Origin: the human T2T-CHM13v2.0 reference genome, Homo sapiens
Strand: one strand, 5' to 3'
NCBI RefSeq assembly: GCF_009914755.1
Contig: NC_060925.1
DNA length: 64,000 bases
The notes below the pieces were generated by a model. The model did not search any database. It was given only the letters and a program-made list of their open reading frames with translations, and had not been told where the DNA came from. The position numbers were made by a program, and so were the translations under genes. Of the stretch, positions 37,946-52,518 are shown in pieces; the first letter of the stretch is position 1; each line of letters opens with the position of its first letter.

Positions 37946-39961
37946 GTAAGTTCCCAAGTGTTTGCTCTGCTTTTCTTTGGCCGGGATAATTAGTGGTTGT
38001 GATGAGTCCTCACCTTCAAAGCTTGTATCGCATAACTAGAGAAACATATTTGAAATCCTCTGTGTGTTTCAGGCAGGGTGCATCTTACACATAATCATTA
38101 ATGACTTTTGAGGCAGGGCTCCTGCAGAAATCAAACTCATTCTAAGTATACCAAAGCCAAGATTATTGGCTTTGGGGATGATTTGAAGGATGTGCTTATT
38201 ATCTGGATTTTGAGGGATAAGGTTGTGGAGTGATGAAGTTACAGCAATTTGCCATTACTTCTGGTTATTTTTCAGCCTCACTACAAAGCCCTAAGCTATT
38301 TTAGGACTCAAGGGGTAATGTGTGCAGATAGGACATTAGTTCTTGATGTTCAGTAGGAAACTATTTAGTTGTCCTTTTAGTTTCAGCATTTTAAAAACTA
38401 TCTTATTGGCATTAAAAACCTTTAAATGTTCTTTCCTAAGTACCTGAAATTATTAACTGGCCACATCCTATGCTGTTTTTCTTCATATTTCTTGGTGCAA
38501 CCGTTGGAATAATTAACAACTTGGTTTCCTGATTTTTGCACTACTGCCATCACTTCCATTTCCGGAACTTCACTGTAGATCAAAGAACTTTGTGCAAAGG
38601 AAGGAAAGGTGAGGGAGGGGGCAGTTCTGATTCTCTGTCACTACAGATTTAGAGGCTGGGGATTGTGTCATGAGTACAACTAGGCCAGCTACATTCAACA
38701 AGTTTGCCCAGGTTTGAACTAGTCAGGAAGTTAGGCTATATCAGGGAAGAATGTATAAATTCTGTATGGTCTATACCACATGTGGTATAGTCAGTTTCAG
38801 TTAGGAGGAGAGGGATGCCAGCTGGCTTCCCAGCCAGGCTGCCTTAGTGGGGCAGAATGGAAGGTCTGGGTCCTCAGTTTCATAAGTTTACTCAGAGTTG
38901 ATCAAGCCCTAAGAGACTGGCATTGTTTGAATTTGCAAGAGCCCCAAGCTGGTAAACCAGAGTTTCATAAATTTATGCTGAAAAATGAGTGCCAGAATCC
39001 TCAAGCTTGCTGATAAGCTCATATTCTCGTTCAGGGGATAGTCTACTTGGTGTAAGCCAAATTATTTATTAGGTGATTCTTTGATGGGTAAAAAGAAAAA
39101 AATAAAGTGGATGTTTATAATGCCTCATGTTACAGAGCTGTAGAAGCCACAGCTACTTGCACTCCAAAGCTCGTGCTTTGTTTATGACATCAATATTTAT
39201 CAGTAGAAGAACTAGCAGGCTTTTCAAAGACCAATGCAATTTTCTTGATTATTATTCTTTTTTTAGGTTCTTTCTTCTCTATTTTGAATAATCAAGGTGA
39301 TTGTGTGTATTAAAGAGAGATTAGTTGGTTGATTTTCCTCTGCACATTTCTCCTTAAGAACGATGGGGTCATATAAAATCATTACTTGATAGGCCCTGGT
39401 GAAATGCGATGGGAAAATCAGAAGCATGCAGTGTCCCCACCCTTCACACCTCCACTTCACCTCTTCTTTCCCTTACCACCACTCTCCACTCAACTGTAGT
39501 ATAGTATCAAAAACAAAGGGACAGTCAAGTGTTAAAATGTAGCCTTACTCAATTGATTGCAACCTTGTCTGATTGCCACGAAAGGTAATCCTTTCTTTGA
39601 TGGTTGAAAAAAGAACACTAAGGAAAGTCACGTAACCAGCCTAAGATTTCTTCCACAGCAAGTTTGAGACTAAAACATGAGCAAAAAAAATTAATGGACT
39701 TGTATCTTAGTCTCCTTGGCTGCCATATGAAAAGATTTATTCTAGCTGGCTTTTAAAACTATTTTCTAAAGACAAAGGAAAAACCCTCTAAGCTGCATTC
39801 TGTGTAACATATGTTTCTGGTTTGTTTCTTAGTTGGTTTGTATGTGTTTTAGCAAGGACACTACAGAAGTGTCACAGTTCCTTAGAGAACACACTTCTAT
39901 ATCAGCTTTACATGTTCTCCATTGCTAAATTCAAGGAACAGGATTAAGATAACTTATTTGG

Positions 39962-40360
39962 ACATGGTACATCTATACAGTGGAATATTTTGCAGGCATA
40001 AAAGGAGTGTAGTACTGATACATGGTGTAACATGAAGGAACCTTGAAAACATGCTAAATTTAAAAAGCCAGCCACAACAGCTACGTATCATATACTTGGA
40101 CTTGTATATGAAATGTCCAGAATCAGCAAATCTATGGACACGGAATGTAGATCAGTGGTTACCTAGGGCTGGGACTGGGAGGACGGTAGGGTCCCAGGGT
40201 GATAGCTAAAGGGTAGAGGGCTGCTTTTTGGGGTGATAAAATATTCTAAAGTTGATTATGGGGATGACTGCACAACTCTGTGAATATACTAAAAAGCATT
40301 GGACTGTATACTTCAATGATATGTGGATTATATCTCAATAAAGCTGTTATTGTAAGAAAA
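39962..40360 (+). mobile_element. 5'-truncated L1MB-type 3' end with TSD aagata(a/t)cttatttgg
   Basis: L1M 3'UTR motifs and AATAAA 40337-40342. TSD at 39946-39961 and 40361-40376. Confidence 0.85.
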
Positions 40361-41431
40361 AAGATATCTTATTTGGTTATCACTTTCCCTATAATCCTTG
40401 ACATTTGTCGCTTTAAGTAGACAAAGGGAATACCTATTTATTTCTCTTCATTTAGGGCCACATATAATTAATTTTGAAATTATTTTCTCCAAATATGAAT
40501 AGCTTAATGGTTTTCTTTATTATTTAGAGTAATATTACACTCACTATAAAACAGGCTCTTAATAATGGTTTTTTTCATAATAATGAAAATGTTGCATATA
40601 TAGTGATATTGCCCCTATTAATTCTTTGTCTTCAGAATCATGCACTCATTAACCCTGGAGGGTGTGTAGAGAAAACCATGAGGCTCACAGAGATGTAGTG
40701 TCCTGGAAAGGGAGAGGGGCAGAGCAGATGCTTTGCATATGTGGTTTCACTCACTGTCCCAGCAGTCCCATAAAAGCACTGTCATATTTCCCTTGTAGAG
40801 GTGAGAACATTGAAGCTCAGGAAAGTTAAGCAGCTTGTCCAGGATCATTCAGAAAGTGAGTGGAGAGATGCAATTGGAACTCACCACCCCTGGTTGCAGA
40901 GCCCATCCGGTTCCACCATTCTCTGACTCTGGGAGTAGAAATAGTGGCCTGTGAGCCAGAAAATTTGGCTTCCATACCTACAACCCTCAGCAGTTATTCG
41001 TGGAAATTTGGGAAAATCCCTGGTTCTGGCATCGTCATCTCTAAACTTAGGGGCCTGGCCAAGATGACCTCTCAGATCTGTGGGCTCTGTGTGTGTAACA
41101 GTTTTTTTTTTTTTTGTTTAACTCACTGAGAAGAACATGTCCTAATTGAACAACTTGATGCCCCAATTGAATAATCCTTTTTTATGATTATAATATGCAT
41201 GGCTAGGGAAATATACCTCTCTCCACAGGGGTGGCCAAGTCCACCTTAAAAGAAATAAAAAGCCATCCCGCATAAAAAAAAATCATGGGCCTTATCTGTG
41301 CTTACAGTACCCACCAACCCTGAGATCAGCACAGTCCCTCCTTAGACATGAGTCCTGAGGACAGCTGGGCCAAAAGTGTCGGGTTATTCCTAACTCTTCA
41401 TTGTTAATATTTTCTTAATCCCTTTTCATAG

Positions 41432-41516
41432 GGACCGAATGCTGATGTTTGAAGAACTTTCAGATATCTTCTCAGACCATAATAACCATTTGACCAGCCG
41501 AGAACTACTGATGAAG
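41432..41516 (+). CDS. RGL1: RGL1 exon, 85 nt, DRMLMFEELSDIFSDHNNHLTSRELLMK
   Basis: Acceptor ccttttcatag|, donor AAG|gtgagg. Phase 2 in, phase 0 out. Confidence 0.95.
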
Positions 41517-44500
41517 GTGAGGCTCTTAGTGAGGCTGCTGTGTAGTGCTGTTAATAGCTCTGGAATCCATTCAAGGAAGAGTAGTGTGAGGGCTCCTTAA
41601 GTTCCTTCAACTCCAAAGAAAGCCTAAAGTAACTAGAAGGCAAAAAATTTTTTTAAATGCAGAATCTAAGAAACTTGGGGCTGAGAAAATTCTAAGTCCA
41701 GTTGAGCTCTCTCTTTCTACCTCCCTTAGCTTGCCTGTTATGCAAGCAGATTGTGAAACTTGAGTTCATATGTGTATGTACCTCCTTAACAAGCTACTCT
41801 GCAAATACCAAGTGCTGGCAGTTAGGTGGGTGAGAGGCCCTGGAATATTCCTTCTCAGCAAAACATCTAGAATGACAGAGGCCAAGCCTGCCTGCAATTC
41901 CACATCCTTTATTTGGACTAAATTGCACAATCTGTCAGTCAGCAGTATTTATTGAACACCAAGTAAGTGCTGACTTCTGAATGACACACTAGGTAAAGAT
42001 ATAGCTTAGTTCATTTTATGTCTCCAGACATTTGTTGAATGCCTAATATTTGTAAAGCTTTGAACCTGCTTCTAGAAATATGAAGGTGACTAACACAAAC
42101 ACTGTTTCCTGGAGTTTACCATCTAATTGGGGTATATAGACACTAAACAACAAGAATAAATAGTCAAATAAAGACAACTAACAGGTTGTGAACAACCATC
42201 AGAGGGGAACTAGCATAGACCAAATATTATCCTCATAGTCTTTCTATAAAGTAGATTTTATCATCATCATTTTGTAGATAGCCAAGACTCAGAGAGGGTA
42301 ATAACCTGCCCTAAGGCATACAACCAATAGGTGGTAGAGCTAAAATATGAATGTAATGTGGTGAGACTCTAAAACCTGTGCTTTTATCACCAAGACATAA
42401 AGCTATTTCTTCTGACCTTTTTGGAGTAAGGTGCAGGATGGATCAGATCCAGCTTCATAGAGAAGGTAAATTAGTAGTTCAGTAAATATTGGTTGAGCAC
42501 CCACTAGGTATTGGGGATAAAACCATATTAAAGGCAGTGTTTGATCTTAAGGGGATTACAGTCTCATGTGGGAGGTAAAACATTTATAAAATAGTGTGAT
42601 AGGTCCTACCATAGGGGAAAGTCCTGAACTGGGCAATCAAAAGTTGTGATTCTTATCCTTAATCTCCTTTTCTATAAATGGGAGCCAATCAAAGTATTTG
42701 GTCTGTTGACTTCATAGAATTGTTTTGAAGATTCACTATGGTAAAATACTTGAAAGTGCTATGCAAATGTAAGTTATTTTTTGTATTTGGTGAGCTATAT
42801 TCATGTAAAACCAAAGTATGCATAACAAATGAAAATAAATAGAGAATAAGCTGCATATTTGAGCTTAGGGAAGATACTTGGAGTAGGAGTGAAAATCAGG
42901 TAGAGGTGGGGTTAGTAAGAAAAGGCATCCAGGTGCTAACCCTTAGGTTAGTCGATCCTATAAGGGCATTTGTTAAGGTCTTCATGACTGTTCCTGTCCT
43001 ATGTCCTACTTATCCTTCATGTCTCAGTGTAGACTCCTCCTTTTCTGGAAGCCTTCCTTCATTCTCAGGTCTGTGCTCCAGGAGAAGCTGTCATTTCTCT
43101 GTCCTGGCACTTATCACTTGCTCTGTTGCAACTGCCTGTCTCTCTACTGGTCTGTAGGCCTCTTGCAGGCAGGGGCTGTATGTATCTTTTCACTTTGTAT
43201 CCCTAATGCCCAACCAGTGCCTGGCATGCAGTAAGTGTTCAGAAGCTATTGTTTGGCTGCATGAATTGATGGGTCTTATCATTCACATGACTTTTTAACA
43301 ATATGCCCACTATTAGCCCTTCTTGGAGTAGGTGATATGAGAAGGGCAGTATGTGCTGATGTCTGACTTTGGATTTGGACTACCTGATTAACTGCACACT
43401 AAACAATCATTACTGAGATCGTGTTACTCCCTGCTTCACATGCCCCTGGCTTTGCATACTTTAAATGGAAACCCATCTGGCTGGAAGGAGATGGCTTAGT
43501 GGTCTCCCTGTCAGCAGTACGAAGCTAGACTAACTGGAGCCACACATTCAAATCCAAACAGTCCTGAGTCTTCCTTCCAAAGTAGATAAATTGAATACTG
43601 TGCAGCTCATTGCCTGGTAGCAGCCTTCTGGCTGAAGGCTTAGAAGTGAAGCTGTATCTAGACATTAAAGATCCCATAAACCTTTCTTAAATGCAGAAGT
43701 TACCCCCCGTACTCTAAATTAAATTTCTTATAGATATGACTCAAATTCCAAAGAAATGGAAAACTTGGCTGTGAATTCATGTGGTCTGTGCATTATCATT
43801 AATGATAGTGAAATGCTTTGGGCAGTCCATGTATATCTGTAGGTCCTTTTCCAGTCATTTTTGTTAATCATTCTTCATATGAAGTGTCTAATTCTGAGTG
43901 TAAATTGTCAGCACATTTTTTTTTTAAATGGAATCACAAGGTACTTAGTTTCTCAAAAGAGTCACTAGGAAAAACTACCGGCCTCTGTTTCTAGTGTTAC
44001 TCCTGGTTTTATACGGATTTATGGTTGGGTAACAATATAATAGTTTCATTTTATTTTATTTTTTGTAGATATGTAGTCTCATTATTTTTCTCAGGCTGGT
44101 CTCAAATTCTTGGACTCTTAGTTTTAAATGACCTAACTTCTCTTCTTCTGGGAAGATGTAACGTGCCACTTATATAATATGGCCCAGGCAACATGATTAT
44201 TAGCAAAAATCTGTGGTTTTCCTTTTAATTGTTTTTAAAAATGTTTCATTTCCTCTCAAAGACTATCTTAAACCTGCTATGTCCTTGTGATTTCTGAAAC
44301 CTGGGTAATTCTAAGCAGGTGAATTATAGTCTGGAAATTTCAAGACATCAGGGAAGAAAGCAGAATGCCAGCAAATCTTGGTTCTCATGATTCTTGGTAA
44401 GAATTTTTTCGGTTGACTTTATATAAAGGACTGCTAGAAAGCCCCAGAAATTCAACCCTGATGGAGACGTATGTTCAGTGACACTCCAAAACATGCTAAA

Positions 44501-44574
44501 CTCAAAGTTAGAGCAAGAGCCTGTTACAACTGTGACAGTTCTGAGCTATAATTGCTGGTAGCTACTGAGCTTAA

Positions 44575-45130
44575 GTTAACCAACATTTATGGAGATGGAT
44601 CCAGAGTCCAGTAGACAAGTTCCATCTAGACCTAGTAGAAGAGGGCCCTCTGAAGCCCAAGAACAGCATGGATGAGGGTAGCTGAACTCTGCTAAAGATG
44701 GTTATAAAGAAAAGGTGAGACTTAAGCAAGCCATTTGCACTAAGAGACGGAGAGGGAAGAGAAGGGCAGAGGGGGAGATAAAAGGAGAGAGAGAGGGAGA
44801 AGGAGATTGATGGAGGAAGAGGGAGATTTGGCATTTATCCAAACATAGGTGATGATTAAAATCATGAGATTGGATAGTATTTCCAAAGACATGAGTACAG
44901 CAGAAAACAAGAGGATAACTTTGACAAAAAGAAGAATCACTAAGAGAATATGAGAACAGCAGAGGAGGCAGGGGGAGAGAATGAGTGATACAGTCACAAA
45001 AACCTATGAAAACTTTCAAGAAGGTTCAAGGGATTGGTGTTGTGCGACATTGCAGAGTAGGAGATTTGGGGCTGAGGAAGGAAAAACTGAAACTGCTGGA
45101 TGTGGCAGGTAAGTGGATTTTCAGTTGACA
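44575..45130 (-). mobile_element. Degraded L2
   Basis: gagatttggcatttatccaaacataggtgatgattaaaatcatgagattggat resembles an L2 internal segment. Confidence 0.5.
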
Positions 45131-45575
45131 CCTCATTTGGAATAATAGGGACTCGTCGGTCTTTTTAGATCTCTAGCAGGGATGGAATCTCATTCTCATG
45201 AAATCATAAAGTCATGGAATCAACAAGTCTTGTAGCTCCCCATCTCAGGCGTTTCTCTCTCCTATCTAATGAGGAGGTTGTCTTAAGTGCTCTTTTGAGA
45301 TCCCTTTCACCTCTGTTATTCTGTGATTCTTAGGAGCCTTTGAACTTTTCAGAAATTCTCTTTAGGAATTTTAGCCATGTCTACAATAACTTATGATACA
45401 TTATTCCTCTGCCCATAACTGACATACTGGAGGGAGACCAGAAGGACCTACACACCGGAAAGAGGTGGGCACTCTTATTCAAGTCAGACATAATTGATTT
45501 CTCACTCTAAGCAAATTCTCAAGAATTTCGGAGGACTCACAACTATCTAGCACAGGAAAGGCGCATATTAGGCTG

Positions 45576-45703
45576 CTTTCTTTTTTTTAGAGGTGGGGTC
45601 TCACTATGTTGCTCAAGTTGGACTTGAACTCCTGGGCTCAAGCGACCCTCCTGCCTCAGCCTTCTGAGTAGCTAGGATTACAGGCGCATGCCGCCATGTC
45701 CAG
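45576..45703 (-). mobile_element. Monomeric Alu (FLAM-like)
   Basis: Single arm gtctcactatgttgctcaag...gaactcctgggctcaagcgaccctcctgcctcagcc. Confidence 0.85.
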
Positions 45704-46575
45704 TATAGGCTATTTTCATTCATCCCTGTGAAAAACTATGAATGGGAGATCATTAAATAGTGGCTCTCTTTATTATCATTTGTGATGGGAAGAACTTAAA
45801 TAGGTAATGAGTCACTGTGGGTTCTGTCCCAGTAGTGTACCTGGGACCTGAGTTAAGGCTGAGAGATGGAACATGTTGATGCTCTATCACTATCAGCAAG
45901 GCCAAGCCACTGAAAAAAACCCTTTTGTGGTTGTACAGTAGTGGAAGGTCACGTGCTATGGTAATACATAAATCTCAGGAAAAGTGACTAAGGAAAAACT
46001 AGTGTAGAAGTTATATACTACTGAATTGTGCAATTTACCCCCCCATTCATGCAGTTCCTGGAAAATGAGAACTTAACAAGACCCCAAAACCGCAAAAGCA
46101 CTTAATGTTCAGTCAGCAAACTCATGATTACTCATTATATAGAAGAGTTTGTTGTTACAATAGACAGGAGGAGAGAAAGGGTAGCCATGTGTCCTCAGGC
46201 ACCAGGAGGAAGGATTGATTTGTAAGAGTTCCAAACCTGAGAGGCAATTTAGAAGAACTGACTGGGGGCTGGGGATGTGTGAAAGTTCGACTTTTATGGA
46301 TTGGTCATGTAGTACAATATTGGACTTCCTCAGAAAACTTCCGGTGCAAAAGTTTCATTTAGCTAAGAAATGCTACAGAAGTAGTCCCTTTCTTTCACAG
46401 AATGCTGGCACATCCATTTCAGGCCAAGATCGAGAAATCACAAAATGTACTGAGGAAGTCGATCTTTGTTTTCAGGATATCTGATTACTTTGAGTTTAAT
46501 TTGGGATCTGTAAAAATGTCTTCATTTATGAGAATTGCCTGGCTTGTATTGATGATTGCTTTCATAACCAAATCA

Positions 46576-47037
<462 letters not shown>

Positions 47038-47162
47038 TCATTTTGCATGGTGTTCCGAGCGAGAGTTATGCAGGGTTGTGTGCGAGAAACTAGATGCCTC
47101 TTTACTTCTTACCATTGTGGCATCCTGTATCAATTCCCTCTGTGTGCATTTCTGTTTCTCAG

Positions 47163-47252
47163 GAAGGAACCTCAAAATTTGCAAACCTGGACAGCAGTGT
47201 GAAAGAAAACCAGAAGCGTACCCAGAGGCGGCTGCAGCTCCAGAAGGACATG
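47163..47252 (+). CDS. RGL1: RGL1 exon, 90 nt, EGTSKFANLDSSVKENQKRTQRRLQLQKDM
   Basis: Acceptor tctgtttctcag|, donor ATG|gtatgt. Lies within ORF 47094..47573. EGTSKFA is typical of the RalGDS family. Confidence 0.95.
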
Positions 47253-48454
47253 GTATGTCTGGCCCTCGTCTTCCCTGACAGCTCACAGAGGAGAAGGGCC
47301 GTGTGTGTCTGGGCTCCCACATGGCACTGGCACCTTCAGTCAACAGGGCACCCAGGCTTTCAGAAAGGGTCTCCCATTCTCTACCCCATTTGTTCTCAGC
47401 AGCCCTGGGAGGTCTATAGGAGAGAGATGATTACCCTCATTCAACTAGTAGGAAGTAAGCACTGGGTGGCAAATCCTGTTTTCTGGCAAAGTTGTTTTCT
47501 GAAGGTGAGGGGGAGTCTACAGCAGGTCGACTTCCTCCCTCTTGCAGTCTCTTCCGCCCCCTCCTGCACTTAGAAGCTGCTCCACCTTGGCCTGAGGGCC
47601 TCCTGAGCTTCCTACTGTAGTCAGCTTCTGATACATGGTGACCAAGGAGAAAGAGTGTCTTCTCCACAGGGCCCTGGTCCTTGTACTCAGAGATCTTTTC
47701 ATTTGTTCTAAACCCTCTAGCCATTGCCCAGCTCTCCTTACTAATCCCAAGGCTAACCAAATCTTTATAGTTTTTCAATATTTAAAGGAGCATCATGCCT
47801 CCCTCCTGAAGACTGAAAGATAGGTATTATCAACTTTAGCTTCATTTTAAACTTCTGACTGTTAGCATAAAGTGTGGAAGACCAGAGGGAGGAGATTAGA
47901 GACTGACAAACTCTAAATATTCTGCTTTAAGAGGGTTTTCTCTTTCTTTGGAAAGCTCAACGTAAGTAAGAAATGTTTTTGAATGATAGGACTCTTCTGC
48001 AACATGAAGCCTATAAAACATTCACAGTGTTACAAACTTTTTTGGTTGTTCAAAGACAAGCTAAAAATAGCTGTTACCAAAAAAATAGATTACTTTAGTA
48101 CAGGATGAGACCTTGTACACAGAATGGGAAGGACACACTGCAGCTGACAGTGAGTTCCTGAAGGACAAAACCCTCCTTGGTATGAACCTCACAAAGCAGT
48201 TCTGGCTGAGGAAGCAGCCAGCCTCATGTCAAGCAGCCTGGCTTTACCCTGTTTGAGGCTTTGTGTTCTGCCAAAATTTCCAGAATTGGCTTGATGAGAT
48301 TTAGGATAAGGGATCCATGGGGACCGCTTTTTACTTTTCCTTTAGGATGTTTAGTGCCTTGGTGGCTTACTGAAGAAGAGAGATGATTTTAAAGGAGATT
48401 TAGTGAAATGAATATAGTGTATCCCTGCAGTTGTAGGTAGAAGTGCCTCCACCT

Positions 48455-49065
48455 TCATTTCCAACTTTTTATTCTGGAATAAGTTTAGATTTACAGAAAA
48501 GCTGCAAAGCTAGAAGTGCAGTTTCCCTCATTGTTAACATCTTCTAAAACCATAGCACATTTGTCAATACTAAGAAACTGACACTGGCATAATACTATTA
48601 ACTAAAATCTAGACTTTGTTTGGATTTCACCAGTTTTCCACTAGTATCTTCTTATCTGTTCCAGGACCCAATCCGGCATACCAACTGCATTTTGTTGTCT
48701 GTCACCCCTGTCTCTTCAGGTCTACGACAGTGTTTTCTTGACTGTTTTTTATGACCTTGGTTGTCTTAAGGGGTCTATCCAGGTATTCTGTAGAATGTTC
48801 CACAGTTTGAGGTTGTCTGCTGTTTTCTAGTGATTAGACTGAGCTTCTGGATTTTTAGAAAGAATATCACAGAGTAAAGTGCCCTTCTCATCACATCACA
48901 TCAAGGAGTGAATGAATGGTTTCAGCGTGACATCTGATGTCATGTTGATGGTGACACGAATGATGTTGATCTTTATTACTTGGTTAAGGAAGAGTTTGCC
49001 AGGTTCTTCCTCAGAAGTTACTGTTTTTCTCTTTCCCTCCTCTATTATTTGAGAGTTAGTCACCA
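48455..49065 (-). mobile_element. L1MC/MD-type 3' fragment (antisense)
   Basis: tttagatttacagaaaagctgcaaag...catttgtcaatactaagaaa...ggatttcaccagttttcc. Confidence 0.7.
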
Positions 49066-49508
49066 AGTCTAGCCCAAGGGGTTATATTAATAGTGATGCC
49101 CCATGCTTTTGTGGTACATACTTCTCTGTGTACAACAGCCAATGGTGAGGCAATGACTATCCAGTGCCATCCCCAACTACCAGGAATGTCCCCATGCTCT
49201 GAAAGAGAACAGACATCCTTCTCACTTGAGCCAAAGCAAAACATAAACCCCACAGTCAACACTTTTGAACAGATGTGTATGATCTCCTGGCTTTGAGGCT
49301 TGGTTTTCATGATTTCACAAGTTAGATATTAGATCATGGAGTTTCTATCCTATTTGTGTAGAAATTTAAAAAATGTTATTCATGGAGGTTAGCACCACTG
49401 GCCCGCAGTTAGGCCTTGAATACATCCATTTGCTCCAGCTTGAAGATTCCTAAAACCCCTCAACTTTTCAATGACAATAAAGACAGTTTTGCTTTGGATG
49501 CTCTTCAG

Positions 49509-49595
49509 GGTGTGATGCAGGGAACTGTGCCCTACCTGGGCACCTTCCTGACTGACCTGACCATGCTTGACACTGCCCTTCAGGACTACATCGAG
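49509..49595 (+). CDS. RGL1: RGL1 exon, 87 nt, GVMQGTVPYLGTFLTDLTMLDTALQDYIE
   Basis: Acceptor ctcttcag|, donor GAG|gtgagt. Hallmark CDC25 motif VPYLG.FLTDL..LD. Confidence 0.97.
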
Positions 49596-49800
49596 GTGAG
49601 TTCCATGTGGGTGGTGTGATCGGGCCTGCAGCCTTCCCACTGGATACCCTAAAGAGTAGTTAACTTCTCTTAGTATCTTTTGAAGGTCCAAAAGTACATG
49701 GCATTGTGCTAGCTGTTAGGAGGAATACAAAGAATAACACCAAAGACTAACACCAGAAGTGGCTCAAAATCCAGTGGAAGTAATTAATATATCAAAATAA

Positions 49801-50165
<365 letters not shown>

Positions 50166-50241
50166 CACAATGAACTCTTATGAGGGGTTGTGATGAACAG
50201 GGCTCATGAAGGAGTGGGTTTGGGTTTGAACAAGACTTTAA

Positions 50242-50887
<646 letters not shown>

Positions 50888-51926
50888 CCCCACAAGACTT
50901 TAATGTTGAGTAGGACTACTTGGTGGGGTAGAGAGTCAGTCAAATTTGTGATTTTTCAAATATGCTTTTCTTTTTGTATTGCTGCCTGCTGTGGGGTATT
51001 TTTCTCTCTCTCTGTCTCTCTCTCTCTCTGTCCCCTTGTCCCTCTTTCTCTCTGTTCCCCCTCTCTCTACCCCTACTCCCTTCATCCCCCATCTTCTCTG
51101 AAAGGGAAAATACATGAAAACTCAGATAAACAACTTGTTAGTAGCAGCAATAAAATATTAAGTGAAGAAGAAATTTCAAATTTGAAATGAAATTGAAAGA
51201 TTGCTTGCATATTTCAGTATATACTACCCCCTTGTTATCATATGCAACCAGCCTGCTTTTATTGTATCTTAATTAGAAGAAGTAGAAGTTACTTTGCATA
51301 GATCTACCTACCTTTGGATTTGCCACAGTGTTGTGGACACATTTATTCATTTTGCATCTCCTGACTTCTATGTCTCTTCACATCCTCTTTCTCAGCTTAT
51401 CTCAGGAAACACCCATCAGTGTTGGGGAATTCTGGGGAGTAACCAAAGATTTAGAAGTTAAATTCAGCCTACTGAGAATAGGAGCTGAGGGGATGAAGAA
51501 TTGAAACTTAACTTTTCATGATGCTATGGAGAAATGACTTCCCTTTTGATAAACCGTATGAGTCAATGACCATCTGTTTTAGTTGCTTTTGGTAAGGGAA
51601 AAAAGTGTAATGGAATATTTACTCAAGCTTTTATCTTTACTGGTTCTGCAAGTGTCTTTGGATCCTGATTTGTAATTATTTATCATTACTATTTTAGTTG
51701 GTTTCAGACATTTCAAGAGAAGGCTTTCTGCTTATCCTGCCTTATAATAATACTTTTTTTAAAAGCAAAACAGGACTCTCTTCTTCCACAGTAGTCGTAA
51801 TTATAGGATCATTGATAATTGTGACTTTATCACCCCTTTGATCTATTTTAATGTGACCTACAACAACATATGGCTGTGTTTTAAAGTAGCTTGGTTGCTC
51901 ACTCTTTTTATTAAAATTTCTTTTAG

Positions 51927-51959
51927 GGTGGACTGATAAACTTTGAGAAAAGGAGAAGG
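51927..51959 (+). CDS. RGL1: RGL1 33-nt microexon, GGLINFEKRRR
   Basis: Acceptor atttcttttag|, donor AGG|gtaagt. Conserved RasGEF LINFEK motif. Phase 0/0. Confidence 0.95.
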
Positions 51960-52324
51960 GTAAGTAGAGTTGTTGGCTGTGTTTCCTTTGTCTGAGCATG
52001 AAAAAAATGAAAGAAATGGGGACTTAAGTTTTTTTGTAGAGGCAGAAAAAAATGAGTTAGCACCTACTGAACGTTTATCATATACCATTTTGCTTGGCAT
52101 TCTCCTATACATTATCCCCCACTAGCCTTATGAGGTAGGTTTTATCATCCTCAATTCAAAGGTGAGGAAGCTAGGACTCAAGAGATTAAATTACTGGACG
52201 AGAATCTCTTGGTGGCAAAGCCAGGGTTCTCATCCTGTCCTGATGCCCCAAAGCCCACATTTCTTCCCTGCCCACTCCTTATCTCCTTTACAATTAGCTT
52301 CAGCAATAGCAGGCTTGCCACTTA

Positions 52325-52518
52325 ATTAATAACAATGTATTTTATACTTGAAGATTACTAAGAGTAGACTTTAAGTATTCTCATCACAAATAAATATGTG
52401 AAGTAATGCATATGTTAGTTAGCCTGATTTAGCCATTCCACGGTATATACATGTTTCAGAACATCATGTTGCACACCATAAATACAAACAATTTTTTAAT
52501 TTGCCAATTAAAATAAAA
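52325..52518 (+). mobile_element. L1MA-type 3' end
   Basis: aataacaatgtattttatacttgaa...gatttagccattccac...aacatcatgttgcacaccataaata...aataaaa. Confidence 0.85.

Noticed and set aside
45102-45114. Perfect donor CAG|GTAAGT
   Set aside because: Inside a purine-rich L2 remnant with no credible upstream acceptor.
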